DNA of 63,549 nt, the filler included, from Octopus bimaculoides (taxonomy: Eukaryota), in the NCBI RefSeq assembly GCF_001194135.2. It is 8 parts of 8 records of this genome, joined end to end, with 100 filler letters (N's around TTAATTAATTAA, not from the genome) between each part and the next. Parts side by side here need not be neighbours in the genome. Positions count along the whole stretch, not along the records: positions 1 to 16,711 come from NC_068985.1; 7 more parts are not named here. The stretch is one strand, 5' to 3'. Below, piece after piece: positions 1 to 11,948 of the stretch (positions are counted from its first letter, which is position 1; the number at the start of each line of letters is the position of its first letter). A program made the position numbers and the translations under genes. The notes below the pieces were generated by a model, which was given only the letters and a program-made list of their open reading frames with translations, had not been told where the DNA came from and made no database searches.

Positions 1-97
1 TATGCACTGGGGTCGATATAATCGACTTAATCCGTTTGTTTGTCCTTGTTTGTCCCCTCTATGTTTAGCCCCTTGTGAGCAATAAAGAAATAAGAAA
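1..97 (+). mobile_element. 3' fragment of a tRNA-derived SINE
   Basis: Contains CACTGGGGTCGATATAATCGAC, shared with other SINE copies in the window (e.g. 26340-26360 GTGGGGTCGATATAATCAAC). Confidence 0.55.
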
Positions 98-689
98 CCG
101 AAAGAAGACCGTCGCACGCGCCCCCTCCACACTCACGCAAGTACGCACGCAAGTACGCACGCGCGCATATATTTCAAGGCCTATTGCCCCGTGTGCGTGT
201 GTGTGTGTCCCACAATGTTTGACAGCGAGCGTTGATTTGTTTACTTCTGCATAACATAGTGGCTCGGATAAAAGGATAAGCACCAGACTATAGAAATAAA
301 TACTGGGGTCGACTTGTTCAACTGAACTCGATTTGTACAATGACTGAAAAGAAGTAAGAGATAAAAGAAAGAACATAAGAGAAAACCTTATGGAAATATA
401 TTAGTAAACGAACCTAAGTCTATGACAACAGTGCAATTCTGTTGTATCCTTTTGTCTATGTTATTCTCCCTACATGTTAAATTATCTTAAGATCATTTCA
501 AACTTGTTCAATATACATATACATACTTCTTTTTTGACTATAACAGAATCTAACGGTAAGCATGGATCTTTCTCTTTATTTTTTGTATTTTAATCTTCAT
601 AATCGGATCTAATCCACTCATCCGTTTAAATTTAACTGCGCAAAATAATATTTCATCAACGCACCAAATTGATTGCTANNNNNNNNNNA

Positions 690-885
690 GCATGTTGTAT
701 CCCGGATGAGGAGCCAACCGCGGGAAAATTTTCCTACCGTCCGGGACGTTAAAAGGCCGAGCGGTATGACAGTTTTCCCATTCCATGGCGGTAGGTTCCT
801 CATCTGGGATGCTACATGCTGTGACATCTTCTCCAGCGGTATATTGGTGTTGTCAGCTACCAGTCCAGGCTCCGCTGTTCGTTAG
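690..885 (+). mobile_element. CRE/NeSL-type non-LTR retrotransposon fragment, restriction-like endonuclease (PD-D/ExK) region
   Basis: Translation KRPSGMTVFPFHGGRFLIWDATCCDIFSSG...SATSPGSAV matches the recalled CRE REL motif KRPDGxTxxPxxxGxxLxWDAT. An inverted partial copy lies on its left. Confidence 0.7.
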
Positions 886-1094
886 GCCAGCTAGTATAAG
901 ATAATATTAAATGTTGTTAATTAAGATACCTATAACCTACTTTATTTATCGATGTTGACCAATATTATTTCTTGTTATAAGGTCTACATTGAAAATTTTG
1001 ATTTGAATATGATAATTTAATTCGGTTTTCGAGCGGGATCTTTTTCTTTTTATAATCTTTTTCTTTTTTAAAAAGCAGAAGGCACAGTAGGTAT

Positions 1095-1185
1095 TGTACA
1101 AGGGCCCGGGAACAGGGGGTGCAACGCGTGCACTTTGCACCCCTTGGAATTTTCGGGTAGTGCAAGATCAAAATTTGCACCCCCT
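1095..1185. mobile_element. possible end of a hAT-like MITE
   Basis: GC-rich CAAGGGCCCGGGAACAGGGGGTGCAA start with repeated TGCAC(C)CC subterminal motifs. The partner end was not found. Confidence 0.3.
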
Positions 1186-1716
1186 ATATAATTTCACCAG
1201 TTTCAGAAATTAGTGTCTAAAAAAATATCTGTACAAGATGCTTGAAGCTAGATTTCGTTTCTAAGTAAAAACAAAGAACAAAAATAAATAAATAAAAGTG
1301 ATGAAGCTGGGCTTAAAATTCCCAATTTATGACTAAGCAACTTCTGAAGCAAAGTAGCGTTAAAATAAAAAGTATGTGACAACAACAGTAGCAGGAAACA
1401 ACAACAAGAACAACAACATGACCAGCATCTACGGCTATTTTCTTTATTAGGCACTACAGCCATAACATAGAGGGGGACACTACAAGGACAGACAACACAA
1501 AACGTGGGGTACATAAAACGAATGATGGGATCTTTATGATTTGGCCGGTCATAAAAATGTTATTCCCTGTGACATATTTCATCCGGTTTAATCGTAATTT
1601 ATACGCATATATTGTTTATATAATAAATTACGCTGTGCGTATCTGTGTGTGTAACAATTTTTCGCTAGTACTCAGTAACACATTTTCTAAATGATGGTAG
1701 AGTTTGATTTGAAGAA

Positions 1717-1879
1717 CTAGAGTTCGGGTTCTAGAGTTAGGGTTAGTTTTAGGGTGACAGTTAGGGTTATGATTATGTTTGCCATAACCTCACTCATAAC
1801 CCTAACCCTAAAACCCTATAACTCATAACCATAACCCTAACCCAACCCTAACCCTAAAACCCGAACCCTAACCCTAAAC
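1717..1879. repeat. interstitial telomere-like repeats, head-to-head (TTAGGG-like then CCCTAA-like)
   Basis: Degenerate GTTAGG units at about 1735-1770 are followed by CCCTAA units at about 1795-1879. The block is flanked by the 19-bp direct repeat TAGAGTTTGATTTGAAGAA at 1698-1716 and 1880-1898. Confidence 0.85.
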
Positions 1880-2059
1880 TAGAGTTTGATTTGAAGAAGA
1901 TTTGGCTGCTATTTCTAGGAAATGAAGCACTTGGTGGAGGTGCATTAATAATTCTGCCAGCTCCAATAACAAGTGTAGGCAATATTCAAGTATTTTGATG
2001 GCTTTTTCCCCTTTGTTTACGAACAGTCTAGTTAATCGGAAATGTCAGAACTAACGGGG

Positions 2060-2290
2060 ATTAATACCATATACACCGTCACAGAACTAACTGTATTCAA
2101 CTGAATAGACGTCAGTGATTAGTTGAAATTATCGAAATAAGACAATTTTTAACGTGAAATAACTTCGAATACAACAATTTTTATCTGTTCTATACCACAA
2201 AATATACAAGTATACGAAGTTTGAAAGTGTTTCGGTACCAAAAACACTACATAAAAAAATGTTGCCCGTCAAATCATAAAGATCCGTACC
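2060..2290 (+). mobile_element. MITE-family copy
   Basis: Reverse complement of most of 11950-12190 (shared GTATTCAACTGAATAGACGTCAGTGATT and GAAAGTGTTTCGGTACCAAAAACACTACATAAAA). Confidence 0.75.
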
Positions 2291-3453
2291 CCAGTATTAT
2301 TTTGATGGCATGCACTGCTCTCTCACACAACAACAACAATAATAATAGAAGTAGTAGTAGTAGTAGTAAGTATATTTTTTTAAATACCGTTTTGACTTTA
2401 TATATATATTTCCCATTCATTGTATTAATTTGATTTTCGATGATAAATAATTCAACGACACTTATTGCTGGTCAATAACCTGTACAGTAGGGCTTGTTGA
2501 CACAGAAGGCATAACAAAACAACAACAACAACAACAACAATAATAATAATACAGCATTGTCGCTGTGAATTTTCTTTCCTTTTTTTCCCCCCTTTATTTT
2601 ATTCGTTTACTTTTTTATTTTTATTTTTTATTTTTTCCCTCTGTCTTTCCTCGTTTCTTTATCACATGACTTTGTAAATGAACAATCTAGTGTGTTTATT
2701 TTAATGGCCTACCAATGTATATAGTACGTTTCGATGACCTAGGTTTCGTGAAGATACTCGGTAAGAAATGGAAACAGAATTGAAAGAAGATGCTAATGAA
2801 AATTTAAAAAAATAATAATAACAACAATGTTACTCTATATGAAACGGAGTAACTTTCAAAATACAAAGATCTGGAAATAGAGGTAACTCGAATGTGGAGC
2901 CTAAAAACAGAAACAATTCCTATCATAGTAGGTACATTAGGTATGATAAAAATATTCAGACAAATACATAACAAAAACACCAGGACTTACAAGTATATAC
3001 AGCATACAGAAAATAGCACTACTAGGCACCGCACACATCTTACATAAAACACGTTTAATACAGTGAAAATAAGAGCACCACAGCACATACCCAAAGCACA
3101 CAGAGCTGCGCTCGGTTGTGCAGTGAAAGCATGTGATAAAAATAAGACTACTGATTAATAATAATAATAATAATATGATAGCACAGGAATCTGAGGCCCA
3201 ACTACCACCCTTACCACTATCCCCACCTCTGCTACTGTTGCTGTTGCTGCAGCTACTACTGCTACTACACATAAAAACAATAATATCAGTGATATCAGTG
3301 ATGATGATAATAATAATAATGAAAGGAAACGAGTGAAGCCTCTTCATGGGCTGATTAATGATACATCTAGTGATGGTGTCACAATAAAAGCACTGGTAAT
3401 TGCGTAACCTGATAATCGCTACCTCATATGAGTGACAATGAAAAAACAAAATA

Positions 3454-5397
3454 TTGTGTATAACAGTGGTAATGAAAGCCAGTGATGGTGACAGTGTTAC
3501 GCCCGGTTGGCTCAGAGATTCTGGTCCGGCTCCAGCCTGTCGATATCCAGAGAGGGACCACCACACAGGGCGTAGATGGAGCAAGCAAATTAATGATGTG
3601 GTCATGGAGTGTTACTACCTGAGCAGCCCGGTAGATGAAAATAGTGCTCAAATTAGGGGTTACCGACAACGTATGTATGATCATTGGAGAGAAAAAGGAT
3701 TGTTTCAACTCACAGAACAGAGACTATGTGATCAAGCTAGAACAATAAGAGAAAAATGTTATTTCACAGAAGCAGAGCTCGAAGCTATCAAAAGATGGGT
3801 CATGGAAAATAGCAGCAGAGATAACATTGAAAATACAGTTCTTACTAATAAGAGTAATCTGATAGCACAGGAAAGGAGTAGTGGTAGTTTACTTGATGAA
3901 AGACATATAGATGATCTAAAAGAAGACAATAAAACTAATGGCGACATGACAGATGAACAAAAGGCAATCTACGACAGAATAAAGGTAAGACTACAGGAGA
4001 ACGATAGCGACATTATTTGCGACCTTAAAAAGGTTGATCGATGGAAATTGAACCAAGAAACGAAAAATGTCAATGAAATTCTGAAATACATCAGAACAAG
4101 CAACATCACAGAAACAAATAATTTGATCAAGGCAGCAAGTATTGTTGTATCAGAAAATGTGGGTGTCGATGTCAAGAAAAAGAAACATAATGGGAGTGAC
4201 AAAAGAAAAGATCCATGGTGGAAAAGAAGAATCCAGGCAGGGTTAGAATGCTCTCGAAGGAAATTTCTGTGTTAGACCGAAAAAAGAAAGGGGAGTTTAA
4301 AAACGAACAAAAATACAGGGCGCTGAAAAGGAAGTATAATATTGAAAGAAAGGGCCTGAAAGTAGTAATGGAGGAACGGAAACAGTGCCTCGTTGCAAAG
4401 AAAGCAAAGATGGTAAGATACGATCAAAGAATGACGGGTTACCACAAAAAATAGGTTATTCAGAGTAGATCAGAAGAGATTCTATAAAGAAATAAATGGA
4501 GAGTGTACAGATGAAAAGTTGATACCAGATAACATTGAAAGTCAAAGGTTCTGGAGCAAAGACAAGGAGCACAAGAAGGATACTGAATGGTTGCAACAAC
4601 TGAAACAAACAGTAGTCCGTCCAAAACAGGCAGAACTATTCATTTTAGTTAAGGAAGTGAAGGAAATCAGCAAAAAAATGAGCAACTGGAAGGCCCCGGG
4701 ACCAGATGGATTTCAAGGCTACTGGATCAAAAGATTTGGTGAATGTCATGCACGAATAGCTGCGCAACTTAACACCTTGTTAAATGCCGACCAAGTAACA
4801 CCAGAGTGGTTGACATTGAATAGGACAGTGCTGTGCCTGAAAAACATCGAAAAAAAGCAATACGGCAGACAGTAACAGGCCGATATGCTGTTTGCCACTT
4901 ATGTGGAAGTTATTGACTGGAATACTCGCTGGAGCAGAAGGGTTGCAAGCGTAACTCCTGATAGACAAGACTGTACTTAGAGATTGCAAGAAGAGGAAAA
5001 GTAACTTAGCCATGCCATGGATCGACTGTCGTAAGGCGTACGATATGATCCCACACTCTTGAATTATGAAGTGTATGAACCTATTTGGTATTGCATCGAA
5101 TGTTGAGCGATTGCTTGGAAAAAGTATGGCGAATTGGAAGACGGACCTGACAGCATACGGAAGTTGAGGGGCATCTTCCAATGGGACTGCCTGTTCCCAC
5201 TGATCTTTGTACTGTGCTTGATACCACTAACACTGATTCTGAGGAAAGCAAAAGCTGGGTATGTATTCAAAAGCCGCCAACAAAAAGTCAACCATGTGTT
5301 ATTCATGGATGACCTCAAACTTTATGGTAAAGATGAAGCCCAAGTCAGTTCCCTCGTTCATACGGTGTATACCTTCAGTGCTAATATCAGAATGGAA
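3454..5397 (+). mobile_element. Dong/R4-clade non-LTR retrotransposon, degenerate ORF (N-terminal region and reverse transcriptase)
   Basis: Motifs across frameshifts: VMECYY..GYRQRM...EQRLCDQAR, DPWWKRRI, WKAPGPDG, AMPWIDCRKAYDMIPH, GIFQWDCLFPLIFVLCLIPL, HVLFMDDLKLYGK. It is truncated after the RT domain by a SINE. Confidence 0.88.
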
Positions 5398-5627
5398 TGT
5401 GACAAGGCTGGCCCTTTGAAATACAGGTACAACAGAAACAGGAAGAAAGAGTGAGAGAAAGTTGTGGGGAAAGAGTACAGCAGGGTTCGCTACTACCCCT
5501 TGCCGGAGCCTCGTGAAGCTTTAGGTGTTTTCGCTCAATAAACACTCAAAACGCCCCGTCTGGGAATCGAAACCGCTATCCTACGAACGCGAGTCCGCTG
5601 CCCTAACCACTGGGCCAATGCACCTCC
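5398..5627 (-). mobile_element. tRNA-derived SINE, 3'-truncated
   Basis: The minus strand begins GGAGGTGCATTGGCCCAGTGG (A box) ... GGTTTCGATTCC (B box). The body matches the copy at 14641-14906. Confidence 0.85.
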
Positions 5628-5631
5628 AAAA

Positions 5632-5955
5632 GGAGCACTCCGTCGGTTTCGACGACGAGGGTCCCAGCTGATACGATCAACAGAACAGCTTGCTCGTGAA
5701 ATTAACGTGCAAGTGGCTGAGCAATCCACAGACACGTGTACCCCTAACGTAGTTCTCAGGGAGATTCAGCGTGACACAGAGTGTGACAAAGCTGGTCCTT
5801 TGAAATACAAGTATAACTCATTTTTGCCAACCGAGTGGACTGGAGCAACGTGAAATAAAGTGTCTTGCTCAAGGACACAATGCGTCGCGGGAATTGAACT
5901 CACCACTTTACAATCGTGAGTCGAATGCCTTAACCACTAAGCCACGCGCCTTCAC
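5632..5955 (-). mobile_element. tRNA-derived SINE, near full length
   Basis: Minus strand has A box TGGCTTAGTGG, B box GAGTTCAATTCC, then TGTGTCCTTGAGCAAGACACTT. Its 3' tail is shared with 14641-14800 and 37960-38022. Confidence 0.88.
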
Positions 5956-6011
5956 AATGATAAGGACAACAATAATTATGATAATAAATAAATAAATAAA
6001 TAAATAAATAA

Positions 6012-8560
6012 ACATGACTGAAGCCCTGAGAGCAAAAGAGATATTTAAGCAAAATATGCAGGTTAAGGCCCAACGCTTACGCAGGTATGATAAGAAATAC
6101 AAATTTTACAGAGAAAATAAGATATTTAAAACTAATGCATAGAAATTCTACGGAGAGTTAGAGAAACGGCCGATCGAAGTAAAAGACCCGCTTGATATAA
6201 GAGAAGCAGTGACATTTTGGAAACGCATATGGAACAATAGAAAGGAATTCAACAAGAAAGCTGAATGGGTAGGGCAAGAAGAAGAAAGAATGGCTGAGAT
6301 TGAAGACCAGAGCTGGAACGATATTATAATGCAGGAACTAACTTAAGCTCTGTCTAAAACTCGTAAGTGAAAGTCTCGGGACATGATGAAATCCTAAACT
6401 TAATAGCCTTTCATCATCACACCGTCAGTTGATGGAATGTTTCTCTAATATCATCAGAAACCCCGAAAAGACTCCAAGCTGGCTAACATTAGGGATTACA
6501 TACCTGCTCTTTAAAACGAGCGACACAAGAAACCCAAAAAGCTACAGGCTGATCACTTGTTTGACTACCATGTACAAAACACTTACATCCATCCTCACCG
6601 AAAGGATGTACCAATTACTCGATGAAAACAACATTCTTACTCTTGAACAAAAAAGTGGAAAAGAAACTCTTATGGATGCAAAAACCAACTATTAATAAAC
6701 CGTGAGACACTCGAAAATTGCTCGTCAAAAAAAAAAAAAAATCTTAGCATAGCTTGGATTGACTATTGTAAAGCATTTGACAGTGTCCCACATACCTGGA
6801 TCTTAAAGGCACTAAATATATACAAGAGCTCTCCTTTCGTGGAATGTTTTCTACAGCACAGTACGGGACTGTGGAACACAAAATTATTTCTCAACCACGA
6901 GAATGGCACTATGTATCAGAGAACATCAAAATAGATCGTGGAATATTCCAGGGTGGCTCACTTTCCCCTCTCTTCTTCTGTTTTCCCCCTCATTCGCTTG
7001 TCCCACGAACTGAATAGAACAGATCACAGTTACAAAATATTTGACAAGATCATACTTGCTCTACATAGATGATGTGAAATTATTTGCAAATGAAGAAAAT
7101 GACCTGAAAGGCCTTTCTCTGACTCCGATAACAATCTTGTTAAATGAAACCACTATGGATTATAAATGCTATGGACAAACAATAAGCTATCTCCTGTACA
7201 TGGATGACTCAAAATGTTTCACTAAAACACCACGGAACAGAAAAACCTTCTAAAAATTGTCTCTAGCTTCAGCAAGGACATCGGGATGAGCATGGGGCTC
7301 ATCTTTGATGAGAGAGATAAAATCTTGGCAATCTAATATATACTTTTCCAGTGAAATTCTTCACTGATATCGAAAAGGTGAAAACAAGCAATGTTAATTC
7401 TCTAAATGAAGTATTAACAGTAACTGCACGATAAAGTGTAGTATATTGCCACTTAAGTGTGGCTGACCCCTAGGGGTGGATGTTACTGTTGCTTTTAGCC
7501 CCAGGAGGACATCTCCTCCAGCTGGCTTATCGACACACTACTGTGTCCTGTTTGCCAAGGGAAGTTATCCCTCCCATCATGATCTGTATATATATATATA
7601 TNNNNNNNNNNNNNNNNNNNNNNNNNNNNNNNNNNNNNNNNNNNNNNNNNNNNNNNNNNNNNNNNNNNNNNNNNNNNNNNNNNNNNNNNNNNNNNNNNNN
7701 NNNNNNNNNNNNNNNNNNNNNNNNNNNNGTTTTTATTGTCGGCTTTTACGTTTTTGTTCCGTTTTTTAAATTTATATATACATATAGCGGCGTGCGTACA
7801 CCTTTTGCTCACCTTGTAAGTATATATCTATTCTCCTCGTCTCAAGGTTTTTGGTTCCAGACCTTTTAATGTCTAGCTACTGACCACACAAGACACAGCT
7901 AGTTCCAGCGACACGGTCAGACGACAACACCCGTGCAACAGCAACACGCTCAGGTTTCAACATAGCACTGTTCGTGAATTACTTCCCCATGTCTCTAGCT
8001 TCAGCAAGGACATCGGGATGAGTATGGGGCTGGGCAAATGTGCCGAAGTGACTCTGAGGAGAGGTAAATCAATCAGCACTAAAAACACTGCACTCAACAT
8101 AGACACAGAAATCAGAGAATGAGACCACAATCGCCCATATAAATATCTAGAAATAGACAAAACAACTAAAATACAACACACCATACCAGTCATAAATTAC
8201 AGCTTCAACATAATAAACTGGAAGATTAGGAACTGAGAAACTTAGAAAAATCAGAAAACTGTTAACAACATACCGAAGTCACTACCCAAAGCAGACGCAG
8301 ACGGAATATTATATCTACCCCGCTCAGAAGGAGGCCGTAATTTGTTACAGATAGAGAACTACCATCGGCAGGCTGGGTACCGAATGCATTGCCCACACAA
8401 CACACAATACAAACACTAATATAACAAAAGCACCACACCTCAAAAAGAAAAGAAAAAAGCAACTGACGCAATACAATGCCGGGAGAGTTTTCACGCTACC
8501 CACAACACGAAGGTGTAACAGGTGACGCAGCAGAAATTTACCTGAAACAACCAAATGTTG
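6012..8560 (+). mobile_element. second Dong/R4-clade LINE, degenerate, interrupted at about 7300-7989
   Basis: Motifs KAQRLRRYDK, WLTLGITYLL, YRLITCLTTMYKTLTSI, NLSIAWIDYCKAFDSVPHTWI, GIFQGGSLSP, LLYMDD, then SFSKDIGMSMGLGKC, YKYL and YLPRSEGGR after the interruption. Confidence 0.85.
7440..7580. mobile_element. single arm fragment of the foldback element family seen at 20869-21343
   Basis: AGTATATTGCCACTTAAGTGTGGCTGACC...TAGCCCCAGGAGGACATC..CCAGCTGGCT aligns with 20877-20980. Confidence 0.8.
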
Positions 8561-8808
8561 AACAATGATAATAATAACAATAATGTTCGTGCTTATTTCC
8601 ACATAATCACCGCAGGTTGACACAAGATTATTTCTTTTTAAGTTAATTTAACATTATATTGCTTAAGCTGACAAAATTTCAAACTTTCCCTCAAGCAATA
8701 CTCTGATGTAGGTCACATGAAATCTTTACAGAAGGCTAAGCATGATCAAGGCTGAAGTATATTTTAGTCTGAAGAGGAAGCAGTTTTAGTAATGTTAAGT
8801 CAAGTCTG

Positions 8809-8842
<34 letters not shown>

Positions 8843-9553
8843 CCCTACATACATATAATATAATATAATATAATATAATATAATAAAAGGTAGAACAGAA
8901 AGAACACAACAAACGGAAACCGTCGAAACACAACATGTGGAAAAAAGGACAGCACGAAAACGGCAAACAAGACAAAACAAGATACACGGATCATACGCAG
9001 CCAATTACCCCTTCAGTTAGTGTGTTGAATGTCTTCGTAGTTTCACTTACTTATCTCCGATACTACTCGAAACCGGCTGGGCCAGTGACTTAAGGTAAAA
9101 GCATTAAGCCTCTGGGTAAGGCAAACGAATGTACATATACAAAAACAAATAAGTAAATAAGAGAAAGGTCTTTCGACTATCGGACGAATGTAACATATGC
9201 AATAGAATTATACATATATATATATAAAATTTAGATTCAAACTAAATATGGTACTTAAGTTTAGGCACCAGAATTAAGTATGCTATTATCCATACAATTC
9301 CAAAATAAGGTGATTAAAATCAAAATAAGCAACAAGGATATCCAAAGTTAATGCAGTACGATCGTTTCATGCGACTCCATTTATTTAAGCAATGTGAACA
9401 TTAAGTAATGTTGCTTATTTTGATTATATATANNNNNNNNNNNNNNNNNNNNNNNNNNNNNNNNNNNNNNNNNNNNNNNNNNNNNNNNNNNNNNNNNNNN
9501 NNNNNNNNNNNNNNNNNNNNNNNNNNNNNNNNNNNNNNNNNNNNNNNNNNNNA

Positions 9554-10090
9554 AAGCCACGAATGTTCCGTCCTGATTTTCCTGTCCGTCTTTGTATCAT
9601 CTATCTGTCTGTATGTTTTTATTGTCGGCTTTTACGTTCTTGTTCCGTTTTTTAAATTTATATATACATATAGCGGCGTGCGTACACCTTTTGCTCAGCT
9701 TGTAAGTATATATCTATTCTCCTCGTCTCAAGGTTTTTGGTTCCAGACCTTTTAATGTCTAGCTACTGACCACACAAGACACAGCCAGTTCCAGCGACAA
9801 GGTCAGACGACAACACCCGTCCAACAGCAACACGCTCAGGTTTCAACATAGCACTGTTCGTGAATTACTTCCCCATGGATCAACAGCAAAGATACAACGT
9901 GCGAGCCAGTCGACAACGCCCGTCCAATAGCATTACGGCAATCTCTTTCTTCGTCGCTACCTTCATCTTCTTAACGTTGTCAACATCATCTCTCTACGTA
10001 CACAGCTCAGGCAACACTGCACAGGTTCCAACATAGTACTGTTTGTGAATTACTTCACCATGGTTAACAGTGAATATACAACATGCGAGA
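9554..10090 (+). repeat. unidentified repeat, possibly a retroelement terminal region, partly duplicated at 7729-7990
   Basis: 9614-9875 is nearly identical to 7729-7990. An internal imperfect repeat recurs at about 185 bp spacing (about 9830-9905 vs 10015-10090). Confidence 0.6.
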
Positions 10091-10980
10091 ACGTCTGTAA
10101 AAGTGATCCAGGCATCAGCATTACAGCCACAACCTCGCACTGCTTTTCCTGCATCTCTATCCCTTTTGTGCATCATGTATTTGGTTGATATTTCCTGTTC
10201 TTAGATTGCAAACGCATACCCTTCAAAGTGGGAGGTCGTAATCCGGCTATTGGTCCATGATAAACTGCTTTGATTGATCGATGTTACTATCATCACGGAG
10301 CTTTCTACTAACATATTCATGCATAATCTTCTACCCATATAGGCTCATCCTTTCATCTGATGATACGTTGCGGTAGAGTCGTGCGACTTCTTTGGGCATG
10401 TATCCTAGGTTATCAGACAAAGAATGTTGCTCAAGGAGCTGCCTTCCAAGTCTTATGATGTTACCAGCCTCATGTATGCAAACTTGGTTAAGGGATGCAC
10501 TTCGACACTTGGTGGTTAAAAGATGTTGTCGAAAGGATATGACACGACATTCAAAGTCATTTTAAATCGATGTTAAGCTTCTGCCGCTTCGTTTTTGCTT
10601 TAGGTAGAGGCAGTCTTAGTCACGGTTTATGTGGAAATTGTGTGTACTATTAGTATTTTTCGGGCTTTCACATCAATGGCTCGGATCTCATCAAACGTTC
10701 AGTCAAGAAGCCCAAATGTTAGTATGAGTACTGACACTGCAAACACATTGTAGGCCACAGTTTTATTCAATGCAAAGAGTTCTTAAGTCCAAATTGTCTT
10801 TATTCGGCTGTAATATTCCTTAGTGACACGTATTTTGTTACAGGAGCCATTGTAAGATATGTTTTCATACCACCCCGAGATAACTGTATCATTCTTTGTT
10901 AGATATAGGGGAAACAGTCAAATCATTGATGGAGATGTTACTAGTCTGGTTTATAGTTTCCTCACTTTTTGCTACCAAAT
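10090..10980 (-). mobile_element. third Dong/R4-clade LINE fragment (thumb and post-RT region)
   Basis: Minus strand translates to NKTVAYNVFAV..FGLLD*TFDEIRAIDVKARK..FH..D*DCLYLKQKRSGRSL and HFEGYAFAI*EQEISTKY. Confidence 0.8.
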
Positions 10981-11194
10981 AACATTTATCCTGACCATGT
11001 TATGTATGTATGTATGTGTGTATGTATGTATGTATGTATGTATGTATGTATGTATGTATGTGTAAGTACTGTGTATTTGTGTGGGTGTGTTTCGGTGTAT
11101 ACACATACACAAATATATATACATGCAAATAAGCACATACATATACTTACACAAATATAAATATGTATGCATAAACACATAAATATAAATTTTT

Positions 11195-11391
11195 ATTCTT
11201 TTATGTTTCAGTCATTTGACTGCGGCCATACTGGATCACCGCCTTTAGTCAAACAAATCGACCCCAGGACTTATTCTTTGTAAGCCTAGTACTTATTCTA
11301 TCGGTCTCTCTTTTGCCGAACAGCTAAATTATGGGGACGTAAACACACCAAGATGGTGGGGGGGGGGGACAAACACAGACACACACACCAA

Positions 11392-11422
<31 letters not shown>

Positions 11423-11480
11423 TCACTCACATATAATATATACATGCACGACGGGCTTCTTTCAGTTTCCGTCTATAAAT
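11195..11480 (-). mobile_element. SINE (family ending GCATGGCCGCAGTCAAATGACTGAAAC)
   Basis: Reverse complement of the copy at 43036-43330. Tail pieces also occur at 30951-31000 and 48850-48960. Confidence 0.85.
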
Positions 11481-11676
11481 ATCTTGTTGAAAATCAAAAA
11501 AAAAAAGAGGATATCTATGGATAACTGATTCGAAACCTCCAGTTTCTATATCTAGATTATGAATTCATATTCATACCAATAATAATTGGAGCACTAGGTT
11601 TTGTTCGTAAATGCTCAAAGGAAAATCTGGATAAACTGAGATTTTCAGAAAGAGAAACTGACCGGCTGATTCGTAC

Positions 11677-11728
<52 letters not shown>

Positions 11729-11738
11729 TAATAATAAT
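11677..11738. repeat. (AAT)n microsatellite
   Basis: Directly visible tandem run. Confidence 0.95.
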
Positions 11739-11948
11739 ACCAGACAGTGGCTATGGCTTCTGATCATGCCCTAATGCAGTACTAGACAGTTGCTCTCATG
11801 ACTTCTGATGCTGTATCAAGCATTGACTCTCGTGGCTTTTGATCTTAACTGATTGGAAATGTTATCATGTACATTGTTTTGTCTTGTTATAAAAGATGGA
11901 CTACAGCAAATATACTGGGTATACTGGGCTTCGTATATTTGTACCCCA

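Noticed and set aside
5560-5955. tRNA genes
   Set aside because: The A and B boxes are SINE heads that continue into SINE bodies, with no complete cloverleaf.
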